From Adineta vaga (Eukaryota > Animalia > Rotifera), in contig CP075492.1 of the NCBI GenBank assembly GCA_021613535.1, forward strand, positions 15,500,001 through 15,564,000: 64,000 nucleotides of DNA, given 5' to 3'. The translations under genes and the position numbers were made by a program. Shown piece after piece: positions 36,714 through 49,800 of the stretch; position 1 is the first letter of the stretch; every line of letters begins with the position of its first letter. Under the pieces are notes generated by a model. The model ran no database searches. It worked only from the letters and a program-made list of their open reading frames with translations, and was not told where the DNA came from.

Positions 36714-37186
36714 GGTTCTATTTCCAGCGTTAATTGACAAGAATAATTTGAAAAACGTTCCTTCGTTTCCTCTTAGAGAAGTTTATATGATAAAAAGCAT
36801 ATAATGGATTAATTTTTTATATAGTCATCCTTTTGTTCGGATCAGTTTCCATATTCATTAAGTCTCGTCATAGCGACAACTCTCTTTACCGTTAAAAAGC
36901 TTTTCTTTTATATTCTATGATGTTGCGGGCTATTAATTTGAAAAAGCCGAAAGAGATTGTTGCGCGATACGCAGAAAATAATCGTATAAATAGACCAAAT
37001 AAAATGTAGTGGCAATTAGAATATGACACATTATTATGAACGAAGATGTTCTTTATTTAATTTCAAATTTAATCGATTATAAGAACGTAGAAATTTGTTC
37101 TAGTGAAAAGAAAAGAAAGTGAGTTCATCAATATTCTCAATAGCATGTAAAATTAATTCATCCTTCAAAACGAATTGTTATTTTAA

Positions 37187-37675
37187 CCCTTTGAGTCCCA
37201 CATTTATTTTACTGAATATAAGTTCAGTAAAACATCATATTAAGCATTTAGATGGTATTACGAGATGTGGGACCATGTTACAACAGAAAACTGTGATTTC
37301 ACATCGATATGTTTATATCACTAGTATCTAGTTCATCAGAAGTAGTCGAACTTCTACTTTCGTTAGATTGAGTTTCATCGCAATCAGAATTCGAATCCAT
37401 CATACTATACGGAGTCAACTGTTTTTTCAAGGACGTACTATAACTTAATTAGTCGGAATATAAGATTTTCGAAATTTGAACTGTTGAGGACAGTGTCTCA
37501 AATCGAATGAGCATACCATGGTACACTTTTTAATATAGTCTATTCATCTGAATATTAGCGCACTTAAACGCAAATATCACTTTCAGGCTAAAAAAACCTG
37601 AAAATATTCCAAATTCCATGAGAATCTTTCGTTTTGGTTAGGTGGGACATATATGTCCCACTGGGACTCAAAGGG
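37187..37675 (-). mobile_element. piggyBac-type non-autonomous element (489 bp), TTAA target-site duplication
   Basis: TTAA-CCCTTTGAGTCCCA...TGGGACTCAAAGGG-TTAA. The paralogous empty site with a single TTAA is seen at about 42001 and, inverted, at about 58103. Confidence 0.95.
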
Positions 37676-38196
37676 TTAAAAGTGACAAAAGCTTCGTCAG
37701 ATAGCGATATAGCTAGTCGACATTTGTCTGAAGTAAACGTGTTCCACTGGTGTGCTACTTCCTTTACAAATATTCCGTCTATTGCTGGTGCTACTTCTTC
37801 TATTAAAAGCTTCAAATATAAACCACCAGCTGATCATCTCTTTTTTGTCACGAAGTTGTCTGAGGGTGGATTAAAGATATAGTGCTATATCATCACTTTT
37901 CTGTGTCCATATACTATCATTCCTTGTGTTTTGAAATGGTTGCAAACTAAATTTCCGACTCAAATCTATATTAACCACTCTATTACATTCCTAATTTTCT
38001 GCGTGTCACGTGACACCAAATTTTAATCTTAATTGGTTAATTTCTTAGATTTTTTTTGTTTTGAATTACTTCAACTTTAACTTTTGACCAGTATGATAAA
38101 CTGTTTGTATGGAACATTTAATTCCAAATCGATCCAGATTTGGTGTTACATTTATAATTAGTCTCAATTAAATTTTGAAATATTCGAATTCTTTTT

Positions 38197-38335
38197 TTGT
38201 ATTGCTTGTATCTCGGTAACAATAAAGAGTATATTGCTCAAATTTTAGTATCCAAATATCTGCTTTTGAGTGAGATAAGTACGTGAGGAAAAAGAGATTT
38301 AATGATGGAATCAGAAATAATTTTACATCCTTTAT
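38197..38335. mobile_element. Dispersed repeat, probable Tc1/mariner-type element end
   Basis: Similar to 57901-58073 (ATCTCGGTAACAATAAAGAGTATATTGCT...TTTTACATCCTTTA). The reverse complement begins TAAAGGATGT, resembling Tc1/mariner termini. Confidence 0.45.
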
Positions 38336-40558
38336 GTAATTGTCAGATGTATTTTAGAATATTTCATATTTATTTGTGAAATCAACCATTTTCGTATAGA
38401 CATTCCTTCATTATTACGAATTCACTCGTTTGAAAATAGATTTGTACATAATATTTTATACATATCCTCTTGATTCAATTCAACGTTACTTGACTTATTC
38501 TAGCAACTGCTGATATTATTTTTATGATTCCTACTGTTTATTCTGTACAAAACTGCGAAAAGAAAAGTTATTGTAATCACATATATAGATAAAAATATAA
38601 TCAATCATTTTAACTTGACATTGTTCGTCGTCAAAATTAGCTAAATGAAGAGTTTTTAAGCTGCTTTCCCAACAACGAACGGATACAAGTAAACTAAAAT
38701 CGACGTTTCATATAATTATTCACGATAAATGAATGTATCGTATATCTTCGTTACGTGCATATACTTCGTAGTTCGTTTACAACTCATTAAAACCAATTTC
38801 GTCTTCAGCAAAATAAATTCACATCAGTCTATTCAAATTAGCACTCATGACATGCAGATTGTGATTATCTATTTCGCTGACTAAAAATGGCAGATCTAAG
38901 AAGGAACTTGTAATTAGGAACATTACTTTTCTTGATATAATTTTCAACAGCTAATGAAACTATGTACAATATGTTTGCTTATCTTTTAGTTCAAGCGCCG
39001 TTCATTACCAAATACTGAAATCTGTTCATGATCTTGACGATTATCACGAAGCAGTAAATCGTGAAGAAAATACGTCAGGAATATACGATTCAAATAAACA
39101 TAGCACAATCAACTAATGTCTTGTAACTATGACTAACAGGTAAATATAAATCTCTTAGATGCATTCAAATACGAAAACAAGTAACAGAAAATAAAATATT
39201 GTGTTACAATACAACAATATCTTCTTATATTCATGAAATAATAGAGAAATAAATATAAATATTAACAAAAACTAGTATTTACCTACTCTATAGGATAACA
39301 AATTTCGAAATCTTTTTTGATTTCTTTTCAAATGTATTCCAATTTCAAATAATTCTAGTTATCATCAAGAATTGATACTCCACGTTCAGTTTTATATAAG
39401 TTCTGATTGATATTGAGCCAATTAGAGGAAGATTTTCATGAATCTCTACCTAAATCCGATCAATTCTGTATAAATTCCAATGATTCATATTAATTCAATA
39501 CTATTCTTTATCTATCTCAGCTAATAACGTACAATTCCATAGAGATTCTAGTGATCTTCGATCCATTCTAGAATTGCAATCTGTTAAGCTTGTGATCCGC
39601 TTGAAGTTTATTTATCACACATACACTCTCGACATTAAATGAACGACCATATATAAATTAACAAAAGAGAATAAAACCATACATGAATACGAAAGAAAAA
39701 TCCCCAACATGAACATCCCATAGAATAACATGAAAGCTAAGATAAGAGAGAGAGAGAATGACAAGAGAATATAACACATATACTATCATAGTGATGATCA
39801 TTCTTATGAACTGCATCTGGGTAAGCTGCAGGGCAGAACAGAATCGAATGCAATTTAGATTGTTGCATGTCTCAATTCTTATACAGGAATTAATCATTTT
39901 ATATATTGAAGAAATAAGTAATATATTCTACGAGGATATTTCTTATACTCAATAAAGAAAGTGGTTATAGAGAATACCATAGATGTGCAGCTAACTCAAA
40001 CTGTTTGAAATCGTTACGTTTGGCTTTGAATATGACGGTGTAAGTGATGATAAGGGATGATCAACGTTCTCTTACTGATATGCTCAATCTAGTAGTACAA
40101 AGAAAAGTGGTATGCTCATTGCTTGTAACTAAAACGAAGTCATTAGAAAGATTATCCATCTCACAATTAGATTGATCACTTGAAATTAGGATGACTATCA
40201 AGGACCAAGGTTATGAGCATTCTTTCCTTTTTATAAGTGAGTACATGAGTAGTATTATATTAAACATGAACAGTCATCATCATCCTCAACCATATAAAAC
40301 GTAATTTCTGAGTACTGTCATTTGACATTAAAACTTTAGAGAAATGTATAGTTGATTATATCTTATCTTCTTCAGAAGTGAATGAACTCAGAAGATAGAA
40401 AAAGAAAATTATAGGTGAATAAACGGATGTTTAATTACTGTGAATAAGGAACACACGTAGAAATTATAATAAAGAAGATATTTTGAGATTTCTCTTCATA
40501 TAATAAATTAAATTAAATGATGATATAACCAACAGAGTCATCAAACAACGTATGTCTT

Positions 40559-41530
40559 TTAAGTATTTTGAGATATAGGATGAGTTTTATTTTGAGCCAC
40601 AACTGCCATTGGAAATCCTGGATGTATTTTGGGTCTTCTTTGCCAACCCAATCGTTCTAGAATAGCATCATACGTCTTTTTCCATGCCATTTCATACCGC
40701 TTATCCAATGCGCAAACTAAAATTCCATCAATACTAACTTCTAACATACTTCCTGCGATTACAATGAAATTTGTTTGATCATCGATCGTTTTGACATGAA
40801 GATAAGTTAGAAATACAAATGGCGCCCAAAGAATGATCCATATTGTGTAGAAAATAAAAAAGCGATAAATCAATCGATGATGATGATTGTGATGAACAAG
40901 GATTTGTTGAGGATGTGTCTTTTTTATGAAGATTAAACATAAAATCAATGAAGTAAAACTTATGATAATTGGCAGTGCAAAGAGAACAGTGAGATTCCAC
41001 ACTCGAATTGTAAAAGAATTGAAAGCCACTGAACAACTTGATCCAGCTTCTTCGATAACAACACACCATTTCATCTCATGTTCAACAATCATGTTCATCA
41101 GAATAAAAATAAGGATTGTTAAAAAGAGGAGTAGAACACGACGTGGATATTTGACATAGATGTTCTCATTTCGAACAATCTGCCAATAACGACAAAGATT
41201 TAGACAAGTCAAATAAAATGATTCCAAAATATTGAAAAAGAGCATAAAATAAGCCTCAAAATAACATGAGATCTGCCATGTTCTTGTTCGTGCTGTACTT
41301 CGAATACCATATTGAACAAGATATCCACTTAGAAGTAAGATATCTGTTGAAACATAACCGAGCACAAAGATAAAACTAAGATCGAATTTGATTTTATGAT
41401 AAAAAAATTGAAACCATAATGACAAATGAAGAAATACACCAAATAATGTAATAGATAAAAGAACATAGTTTTGAGATAAAGTTACAGCACTCCATCCAAT
41501 AGAATGATTTCCAAAGGATTCTAAGATCAT
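40559..41530 (-). CDS. Divergent 7TM GPCR-like protein, paralog B
   Basis: Near-identical to paralog A, same length. Upstream and downstream flanks are also duplicated. Confidence 0.85.
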   Translation of the reverse strand: MILESFGNHSIGWSAVTLSQNYVLLSITLFGVFLHLSLWFQFFYHKIKFDLSFIFVLGYVSTDILLLSGYLVQYGIRSTARTRTWQISCYFEAYFMLFFNILESFYLTCLNLCRYWQIVRNENIYVKYPRRVLLLFLTILIFILMNMIVEHEMKWCVVIEEAGSSCSVAFNSFTIRVWNLTVLFALPIIISFTSLILCLIFIKKTHPQQILVHHNHHHRLIYRFFIFYTIWIILWAPFVFLTYLHVKTIDDQTNFIVIAGSMLEVSIDGILVCALDKRYEMAWKKTYDAILERLGWQRRPKIHPGFPMAVVAQNKTHPISQNT

Positions 41531-42335
41531 GATTCTATTTTCAGTTTTAATTGAATAAATAACTTTGAAGAACGTCCCTTCTTTTCCTCTCAGAGAAGTT
41601 TATGTGATAAAAAGCATTGTGCATTAGAGTTTACATTTAGTCATCTTTTTCTTTCTGCTGGCTTTTGTATTCATTAAACCACGTCATAGCGAGAACCATC
41701 TTTATTATCAAAAAGCATTTCTTTTATATTCTATGATGTTGCGTGCTATTAATTTGAAAAACTCAAATGAGATTTTTGTGCGCTTCGCAAAATAAATTAT
41801 CATATGAACGGACCAAATAAAATGTAGTGGCAATTAGAATATGACACGTTATTTTGAACGAAAATGTTCTTTATTTAATTTCAAATTTAATCGATTATAA
41901 GAACGTAGAAATTTGTTCTAGTGAAAAGAAAAGAAAGTGAGTTCATCAATATTCTCAATAGCATGTAAAATTAATTCATCCTTCAAAACGAATTGTTATT
42001 TTAAAAGTGATAAAAGCTTCGTCAAATAACGACATATATTCTCAAAATTCCATATCTTTGTCGATACTCAGTTGTCCTCATATTTTTAGTTGATGTGACG
42101 TTTTAAAAATGAGATAATTATCACATTAAATATATACATTCATTAGATTTATTTATATAGATGTAAAGATTATGAAAGTAGAAAAAGCACGCGATGTCGT
42201 GTATGTGGCATGGTACTTCGGACACGTTTTATTTTACCTGAGGTGAAAGTAACACTTACTGAAAGACCATATTGACTTGATACTTTCGATTTCGGTACTG
42301 ACCTAATCTTTGTAGAATAGTATCATATATATTTC

Positions 42336-42515
42336 TGCATACCATTTCGTCACGTTTATCTAATGCAGAAAAGAAAATTTTGATTGCACTTTCAATCGTA
42401 ACAATGAGATTTGTTTGATAATCAACTGTTTCAATCTGAAGATAAGTTACAAAAACAAATGATGTTTAAAGAGTAATTCCATATTGCTTAGAAAATAAAT
42501 AAAATCGATAAACCA
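42336..42515 (-). pseudogene. Degenerate TM6-TM7 remnant of the same 7TM family
   Basis: Nucleotide similarity to 35870-36060 (ccatttc...tttatctaatgc...atttgtttgat-atcaactgtttc...ccatattg..tagaaaataaa). Confidence 0.6.
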
Positions 42516-42552
42516 TGACTCGTTGATGAAGTTGAAATAGAATTGAGAGCAA

Positions 42553-42627
42553 CTGAAGGATGTGAGTCTGGATGTGGGTAAGATTAGCATATTTACACAT
42601 CAATCTCACTCTCACCTACATCCTCAG
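42553..42627. repeat. Short palindromic element of the CTTGAGG(A/G)TGTG family
   Basis: CTGAAGGATGTGAG...CTCACCTACATCCTCAG inverted ends, related to 60787-60847. Confidence 0.5.
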
Positions 42628-43185
42628 CATTTAGAACGCGAATAATCCAGATTTAATGATAAATTTGCGAGTTTCGAATCAGTTTTGAATAAACATAACA
42701 ATAGCAACATCAATTATTGTTGCATGTTCGTTATTGAATATTGATACCTTGACTGATTTACATGTGATTCACCATTAAAACGAATGGTTTCTATATGTTC
42801 TTAACCGATAGATTTTTACAAATCGTGCCTCCGTGATGGTTTCGATGTTTTTCCTTATTTGGTTAAAAACCTTAATCGATTACCATTATGTTGCGATTTG
42901 TTGAAAAGATAATTAATTAATACAGTGATATTAAAATTCGTCGCATCGCATTTCTTAACCAAAATATGCTCGAATGCCTCTCTAGTTTTATTTTGCAATA
43001 GAACGAAAAAAGTGCACCGATATACGCGAACAAAATTTCGCTTTCTTTCTTTCTTTATACACGCTTATATTATTTACGATTGTTTGTGATCAACACAAAA
43101 TGAGATGAGATTTGTTTTGTCTTGTGTGATTTATACAGTGCATCAATAAAATTATTTTTTGTTCTGTTTAAGATTCCTTCGACTG

Positions 43186-43512
43186 ATGTCATCAATAGAC
43201 GGTGTTTTTTCTGATACTTCTGGACTTAAACAAAGTGAAATAGATGAAATAAACAAACCATTTCGTGAACTTGATTTAGATAATAATGGTTATATAACCC
43301 GTGATGAATTGAAAAAGTGTTTAAAACGTGCAGATGTAATTGCAGACGATGACTTAATTCATTTTGTATTTAAAAACATGAATTGGAATCATCATCATCG
43401 AGTTAGTTATGATGAATATCTCAAGTTCATGTCCACAATTTACCGTGATGAACATGATCATTTAAAGCGACAGTCCAAAAATGCTGGTGAATCTGCTGGT
43501 TCCGTTGCATAA
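43186..43512 (+). CDS. Small two-EF-hand calmodulin-like protein (108 aa from ATG 43186)
   Basis: Canonical EF1 loop DLDNNGYITRDE. Degenerate EF2 loop NWNHHHRVSYDE. Confidence 0.8.
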   Translation: MSSIDGVFSDTSGLKQSEIDEINKPFRELDLDNNGYITRDELKKCLKRADVIADDDLIHFVFKNMNWNHHHRVSYDEYLKFMSTIYRDEHDHLKRQSKNAGESAGSVA

Positions 43513-43789
43513 TAATGAGATTAGATGTGATTAGTTTTGCTCTATAAAATACTGTTATTAACAACTATTTTTTATTCATGCTAACTTTCTGATTGTCTTA
43601 ATTGCATACAATAAAACTATATTAAACTATGAATGATTTTATTATGCTATTCATGTGTCATCTATTCTAAAGCAGAATTAGTAACTATTTATATTTTTCT
43701 TAGTATAACTGAGTGACTGTTATATCTTGAGATCTTTATCGTGTGTTAAAGATTATACCTCATTCTTTTATGTCATAAAGAAAAAGCAA

Positions 43790-44240
43790 CAAGAACACAT
43801 ATACGTTGATATAGATCATACCGAAGATCGTTGATGACAACAACTCGACTCAATTTGCTATCTCTTTGAAATAAAATATTGCATATTGATGAAAGAAGGA
43901 TTATTAATTTTCATACATATTAATTCGTATAAGAATAATAAGTTATAAACTATGTTATCACTTCATCAATATTTGTAATCTTCATTTGTTTCAAAAGTAG
44001 TCAATAATCTTGCTCCTTTCTGTAAGATTCTTTATTCATAATTCAGTATATATCAAACTAATATCGACTCTTTGAAAGTTTATCTAGGTGAAAATCTTCG
44101 TTCACACGAATATCGATGGCTTGGATTTACTTCGACTAGTAAAAACAAAAACGTTGCTGAAACGTATTGTTCATTATTCGTTTTGAGAAATACTACAACT
44201 GTTCACAAGCTTTGGATATCAACAAACTTTCCGATGCAAT
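43790..44240 (+). pseudogene. Arg-specific (R-S-E type) ADP-ribosyltransferase remnant
   Basis: NNLAPFCKILYS*, KVYLGENL (VYRG-like) and YRWLGFTSTSKNKNVAETY (STS motif), with stops and frameshifts. Confidence 0.55.
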
Positions 44241-44916
44241 TGCTTATATTTGAAATAATTTTAAATATTTCTTTTATAATGCTAGAATTTATTACGGATA
44301 GAAAAAATATTAGTCAGTCAATCTCTCATTTACGAGTTACATTTTTCGACATAACAGAATGAAAGAAAAGAATCAGACTATGCTTACAAGGATTATAGCA
44401 AACATACTTAGTTAGAACTAAAGTATGCATGACTAAAGATAATGAAAAGTTATCATTGTTCTGTTATTGATATATGTTCATTGGTTGTGACGAAAACGAA
44501 GTCATTAGAAAGATTATCCATCTCACGATTAGATTGATCACTTGAAATTAGGATGACTATCAAGAACGAAGGTTATGAGCATTCTTCCCATTTTATAAGT
44601 GAGTACATGAGTAGTGTTATATTAAACATAAGCAGTCATCACTGTCAACTATGTAAAACTTTAATTCTGAGTAATATCATTCGACATTAAAACTTTAGAG
44701 GAATGTATAGTTGATTATATTTTATTTTCTTCAAAAATGAATGAACTCAGAAGATAGAAAAAGAAAATTATAGTTGAATAAACGGATGTTTAATTTTTAT
44801 GAATAAAGAAGACACGTAGAAATTATAATGAACAAGGTATTCTGGGATTTCTGTCCTTATAATTCTTCAAACTGAAACGTGGCATAACCACTAGAGCATC
44901 AAACAACGTATGTCTT

Positions 44917-45921
44917 TTAAGTATTTTTCGATATAGGATGAGTTTTATTTTGAGTGACAAATGCCATTGGAGATCTTGGATGTATTTTGGGTCTTCTTTT
45001 CCAACCTACTCGTTGTAGAAAAGCAATATACGTTTTTTTAAATACTATTCCAAAACGTTTATCCAAGATACTAACTAAGATACCATCAATACTAGCTTCT
45101 AATATACTTCCTACAAGTACAATGAAATTTGTTTGATTATCAATCGTTTTAAGATCAAGATAAGTTAGAAAAATAAATGGTACCCAAAGAGTGATCCATA
45201 TTGTATAGAAAATAAAAAAGCGATAAATCAATCCACGATGATGATTACGATGAATCATGGTTTGCTGAGAATGCGTATGTCTAAGAGAAAGTACGCAATG
45301 AATCGATGTAGTCAAACTAATGATGATTGGCAGAGCAAAGAGAACAGTCAGATTCCACACTCGAATTGTAATAGAATTGAAAGCCACTGAACAACTTGAT
45401 CCAGCTTCTTCGATAACAACACACCATTTCATCTCATGTTGAACAATCATGTTCATCAGAATAAAAATAGGGATTGTTAAAAAGAGGAGTAGAACACGAC
45501 GTGGATATTTGACATAGATGTTCTCATTTCGAACAATCTGCCAATAACGACTAAGATTTATACAAGCTAAATAAAATGATTCTAAAATGTTGAAATAAAG
45601 AATAAAATAAGCCTCAAAATAACATGAGATCTGCCATGTTCTTGTTCGTGCTGTACTTCGAATACCATATTGAACAAAATATCCACTGAATAGAAAGATA
45701 TCTGTTGAAACATAACCGAGACTATAGATAAAACTAAGATCGAATTTGATTTTATGATAAAATAATTGAAACCATAATGACGAATGAAGGAATACACCAA
45801 TTAATGCAATTGATAAAAAAACATAATTTTGAGATAAAGTTAAAGCACTCCATCCAATTGTATTGGTTCCAAACGATTGTAAGAGCATACTTTTATTTAA
45901 TATTTCTGAATATAAATACAT
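44917..45921 (-). CDS. Divergent 7TM GPCR-like protein, paralog C
   Basis: Same family as A and B but more diverged in TM1 and TM5-7. Shares its downstream flank with B (44495-44900 vs 40130-40550). Confidence 0.85.
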   Translation of the reverse strand: MYLYSEILNKSMLLQSFGTNTIGWSALTLSQNYVFLSIALIGVFLHSSLWFQLFYHKIKFDLSFIYSLGYVSTDIFLFSGYFVQYGIRSTARTRTWQISCYFEAYFILYFNILESFYLACINLSRYWQIVRNENIYVKYPRRVLLLFLTIPIFILMNMIVQHEMKWCVVIEEAGSSCSVAFNSITIRVWNLTVLFALPIIISLTTSIHCVLSLRHTHSQQTMIHRNHHRGLIYRFFIFYTIWITLWVPFIFLTYLDLKTIDNQTNFIVLVGSILEASIDGILVSILDKRFGIVFKKTYIAFLQRVGWKRRPKIHPRSPMAFVTQNKTHPISKNT

Positions 45922-46807
45922 AGGATGTTTATATTCCTTTTCATTCCAATGAAGATGCCGTTTCCGTACAAATTCCTCTTTTTAAATATAACTTACTGTC
46001 GGAATGACGATCTCAACTACTAAAAGGTTTTTTTTTGTTGTGCCAAAGAAAATTAGTATAAAAGAAAGTAAAAACTAATCTTTGAGATTGGCAGATGCTT
46101 CCTAGCGAAGATTATGAAAAAATGACTTGTTGTTATTTAAGCTACTATCTAGTGAGAGACTATAGATAATTAAAAAAAGAACAAGAAAGTAAGTTAATAA
46201 TTAATAACTGAATAGTTATTAGTTCAGTTCTAAACTTAATACCCTTTGGAATCATACGATGGGAATAGAAAAAAATCGAGTTTATTTTCATTATATTCAT
46301 CTGAATGATTTGACTTCGAACACTAAAAACCAATCATCATCATCAGATGTTCATATCCTAGCTTAAACTGTCAATCATTTTTATAAGTTGATATAATTAA
46401 TTTTGACAAATTATTATTAAAATTTATGATTGTTTACATGGTATTTTGTCAAGTCGCTGTTAAATATGAGTAGGTAGTATTTCTTTTTCTTTTCTTTTGT
46501 TCGACCTTGAGGCGATGATTTATATACTGGAAAAGTTTTTTTACTTTTCTGTGTCTCCGAATAGTATCATTTTATAGTAGAACTAGCAGATGTTGCATTT
46601 CAATGTGCTATGAAAAAAGAGAAGAATGAAGTTTTTTCTTTCTGTTCATTGCGGCACATGTTAACTTTTTTCTTTTTCTTTTCTCTTGTCAACGATTACT
46701 TCTCGGCGTTTTTCTTATTCATGAGTAAAGTAGTATGGATATATATTGTTAATGAACCGCGGCAATAACATATTTGACGTCGTAACTTAGTTGAGAATTG
46801 CTCGAAA

Positions 46808-49800
46808 ATGACGAGAGAAATTTCTGAAAAAATGGCACATTTACAAGAGGTTTTAGTCAGATAATGTTATTTCAAATGAATCTTATTTTTGTCTTCCTTC
46901 TATAGACGATTCGTCGATTGAATATTCGACAATCTGATAACAGTTCGTAAGTTAAAATTGATTTGAAGAAGAAGAAAAGAATTAAATAATCCTTCGTTTC
47001 TTTAGTGAAGTAACAAATCAGTTTGCATTTATAAAATTTGGTAGAACTGATTTTGGTTCAACGAATCGTTTGTCACAATATATTCGATTAGCATTGCAAA
47101 CAGATGCAACAACAGTAGTTGAATTTCTAAAAGATGGATGGCAATTACCTACACCTGACTTGATTATATCGGTGACAGGTGGAGGTAAACGATGTCAATT
47201 GCCTGCACATCTTCGAAAAACATTTCAACGTGGTTTAGTCGCTGCTGCTGCAACTACAAGTAGAATTCAAACGTTTATTGAATGATAAATATCTGTCTGA
47301 TTTATTTTCGTAGATGCATGGTTAATCACAGCTGGTACAAATGCAGGTGTTGTTAAAGTAGTCGGCGAAGCTTTGAATAACTATCGATATAAAAATCGAA
47401 AACAAGGTCTCGATGTACCATGTATTGGTATTGGTACTTGGAAATATACAGCTGGTAATGAACAATTGGAAAGACTAGTGATAGGATCACCTAAGAAAAC
47501 GAATAAAAATGTTGATAAATCACCGAAATTCAAACGTACTGTTCGAGCTGGATCACTTTTATTGGTAAGATAATATTTTAAAAGATTGAATTAATCTATT
47601 TCTTTATCGTTGATAGAATGCATCAGATGAAAATTATGTTTGCAATTATACAGTTAAACAAACTGACGCAAAACGATGTGATTTAGAACCAAATCATACA
47701 CATTTTTTATTATTCGAAGGTAAATCATCGATTACTTATACTGCCCTTTCACAACGTGCAAAAATTGAAAAATATTCACGTGAAATTATTATGGATAAAG
47801 AAACAGGAATTCCAGTTATTCCTATTATTATGATATTAGTTGAAGGTGGTCCATATTCAGTTCGAACAATTTGTCAAGCACTTCGAGCAAAAACTCCATT
47901 AGTTGTAGTTAAAGTATGTCGATCGATCGCGATTTAAAATATTTCAAAAATCTTTAAATTTATAACAGGGAACAGGTAGAGCTGCAGATCTGGTCGCTAA
48001 TTTATATCTGTTCTTTTCTCAAATGGATAATAATGAACAACAACAACAACAACAACAACATAAAAAGAATTCTCAATTAAATTCAATGTAATATTTTGTA
48101 TTTGTTTTTTTTTCAAATCATATTTATCTGTTCTATAGATTAGCAACTGCACGAGAGAATGATAATACATGGGTTGATGAAATTAAGGATGAGCTTTGTG
48201 AAGCTCTCTATCAACAAAAACAACTTGTTGTTATATTCGAATTCGATAGTCCACGGTATCAGGGTAATTTAGAAGATGCAATTCTTGAAGCAGTTCTCAA
48301 TGGTTTGATTCTACTTATCGAATAAATTAACATTGTAATTCTTTTTCTGTTGTAGGAGCGAAAGTTTCCGGAGATAATTTAGATGAACAATTCAAATTAG
48401 CAATGGTATTTTTCAAAGAAATCTATTTCTTTCGAAGGATTTTAATGTTTTTATTGTAGGCATGGGGCAAATTTGATTATGCAAAGAAACATATTCTTAC
48501 AGACACAACAATTTCCAGATGGACTGTAAGAATTTTGAATTGATTTATTTTCATATTGGAATCAATTTTTAATGTAAGGAACATCATCTCTATGTTGCGC
48601 TCATTGAAGCTCTTCGTCAAAATTATGTTAATTTTGTTATATTGTTAATGAATTATGGTACATCACTTCGAAAATTAAACTTTAACCAACTCGAAGATTT
48701 ATATGCATCAGCTGATGTACGGTTTTTTTCTTTCTCCAATCATAATCCATTCTACTCTAACTATATGAAATAGATCGATAGTGGATTACCTATTGACGTA
48801 AAAATCCAAGGAGATATACCAACACGAGATGAATATTATTCATGTTATTTTCGTGGTCAAAGTGAGGTATATACATATTGCATAGGAAAACTCAAGTTGA
48901 ATTTTGTTTTCTTTCTAGTTTTATCGAACACCGATAGATAAAAAGAGAGCATTGGGACAAAATGCAACACGAGAATTTTTTCTATGGGCTATTTTTCTTG
49001 ATCGATTTGAATTGGCAAAATATCTTTGTTCAAAAACTTGGGTAAGATTTTCAACATATTCTTCTTGTGTCATAATTTCGTTGTCATTCCTATCAGAATC
49101 AATCAGCAAGTCCTTTAGTTGCTGCATCCATCTATCGATATGCATTAACTATGCCGCTTCGTACAGCAAAAAAACAACGTTATAAGACGAATGCGAAGTT
49201 TGCAGTAGAATCTTATTGATAGAAAATATGAAATTTTTATTTGTTGATTAGTGAATTTGATAAATATGCAGCTGAGATTATTGATCAATGTTTTCATACG
49301 GATGAAAATTTTTCTGTTGATCTGTTAAATCGACCTGCTGCGGCTTTTAATAATATTCAACCTCTTGATTTAGCGGAAGAAGCTGGTTGTCAAACATTTC
49401 TTGCATCAGAATGTGTTCAAAAATATCTTGATGAAACATGGTATGGACATATTAATTATAAACGAAGAGCCATTAACTTTCGAGTTAGTTATTTGTCTTA
49501 AACTTATATGAATTCTTCAAAACTGTTTTCTTTAGATTTTATTTTGTTCTTTATTTCTTCCATTACTTCCATTCTTTTCCGTTTTTTTGCCATATATACG
49601 TAAACGTCAGCAGATTAATCGTAATCAATATGATTTAAGATCTGACATTTCGGAAATGATTCCAATTGTGTCAAGGTAAATTTATCTTATCTATATTCTT
49701 ATTATTCATATTTCGTTTTATATCAAGATCTGATCAAGTAATAGCACGTAATCCTATTCGATGGTCGGAAAGAATTTTCTATTTCTATCAAGCACCAATC

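Noticed and set aside
37588-37882. Short ORFs on both strands
   Set aside because: They span the piggyBac MITE end and flank; no transposase motifs.
36070-45800. Small overlapping ORFs repeated within the GPCR paralogs (MVCCYRRSW..., MKIKHKINEV...)
   Set aside because: Alternative-frame and antisense shadows, repeated only because the genes are recent duplicates.
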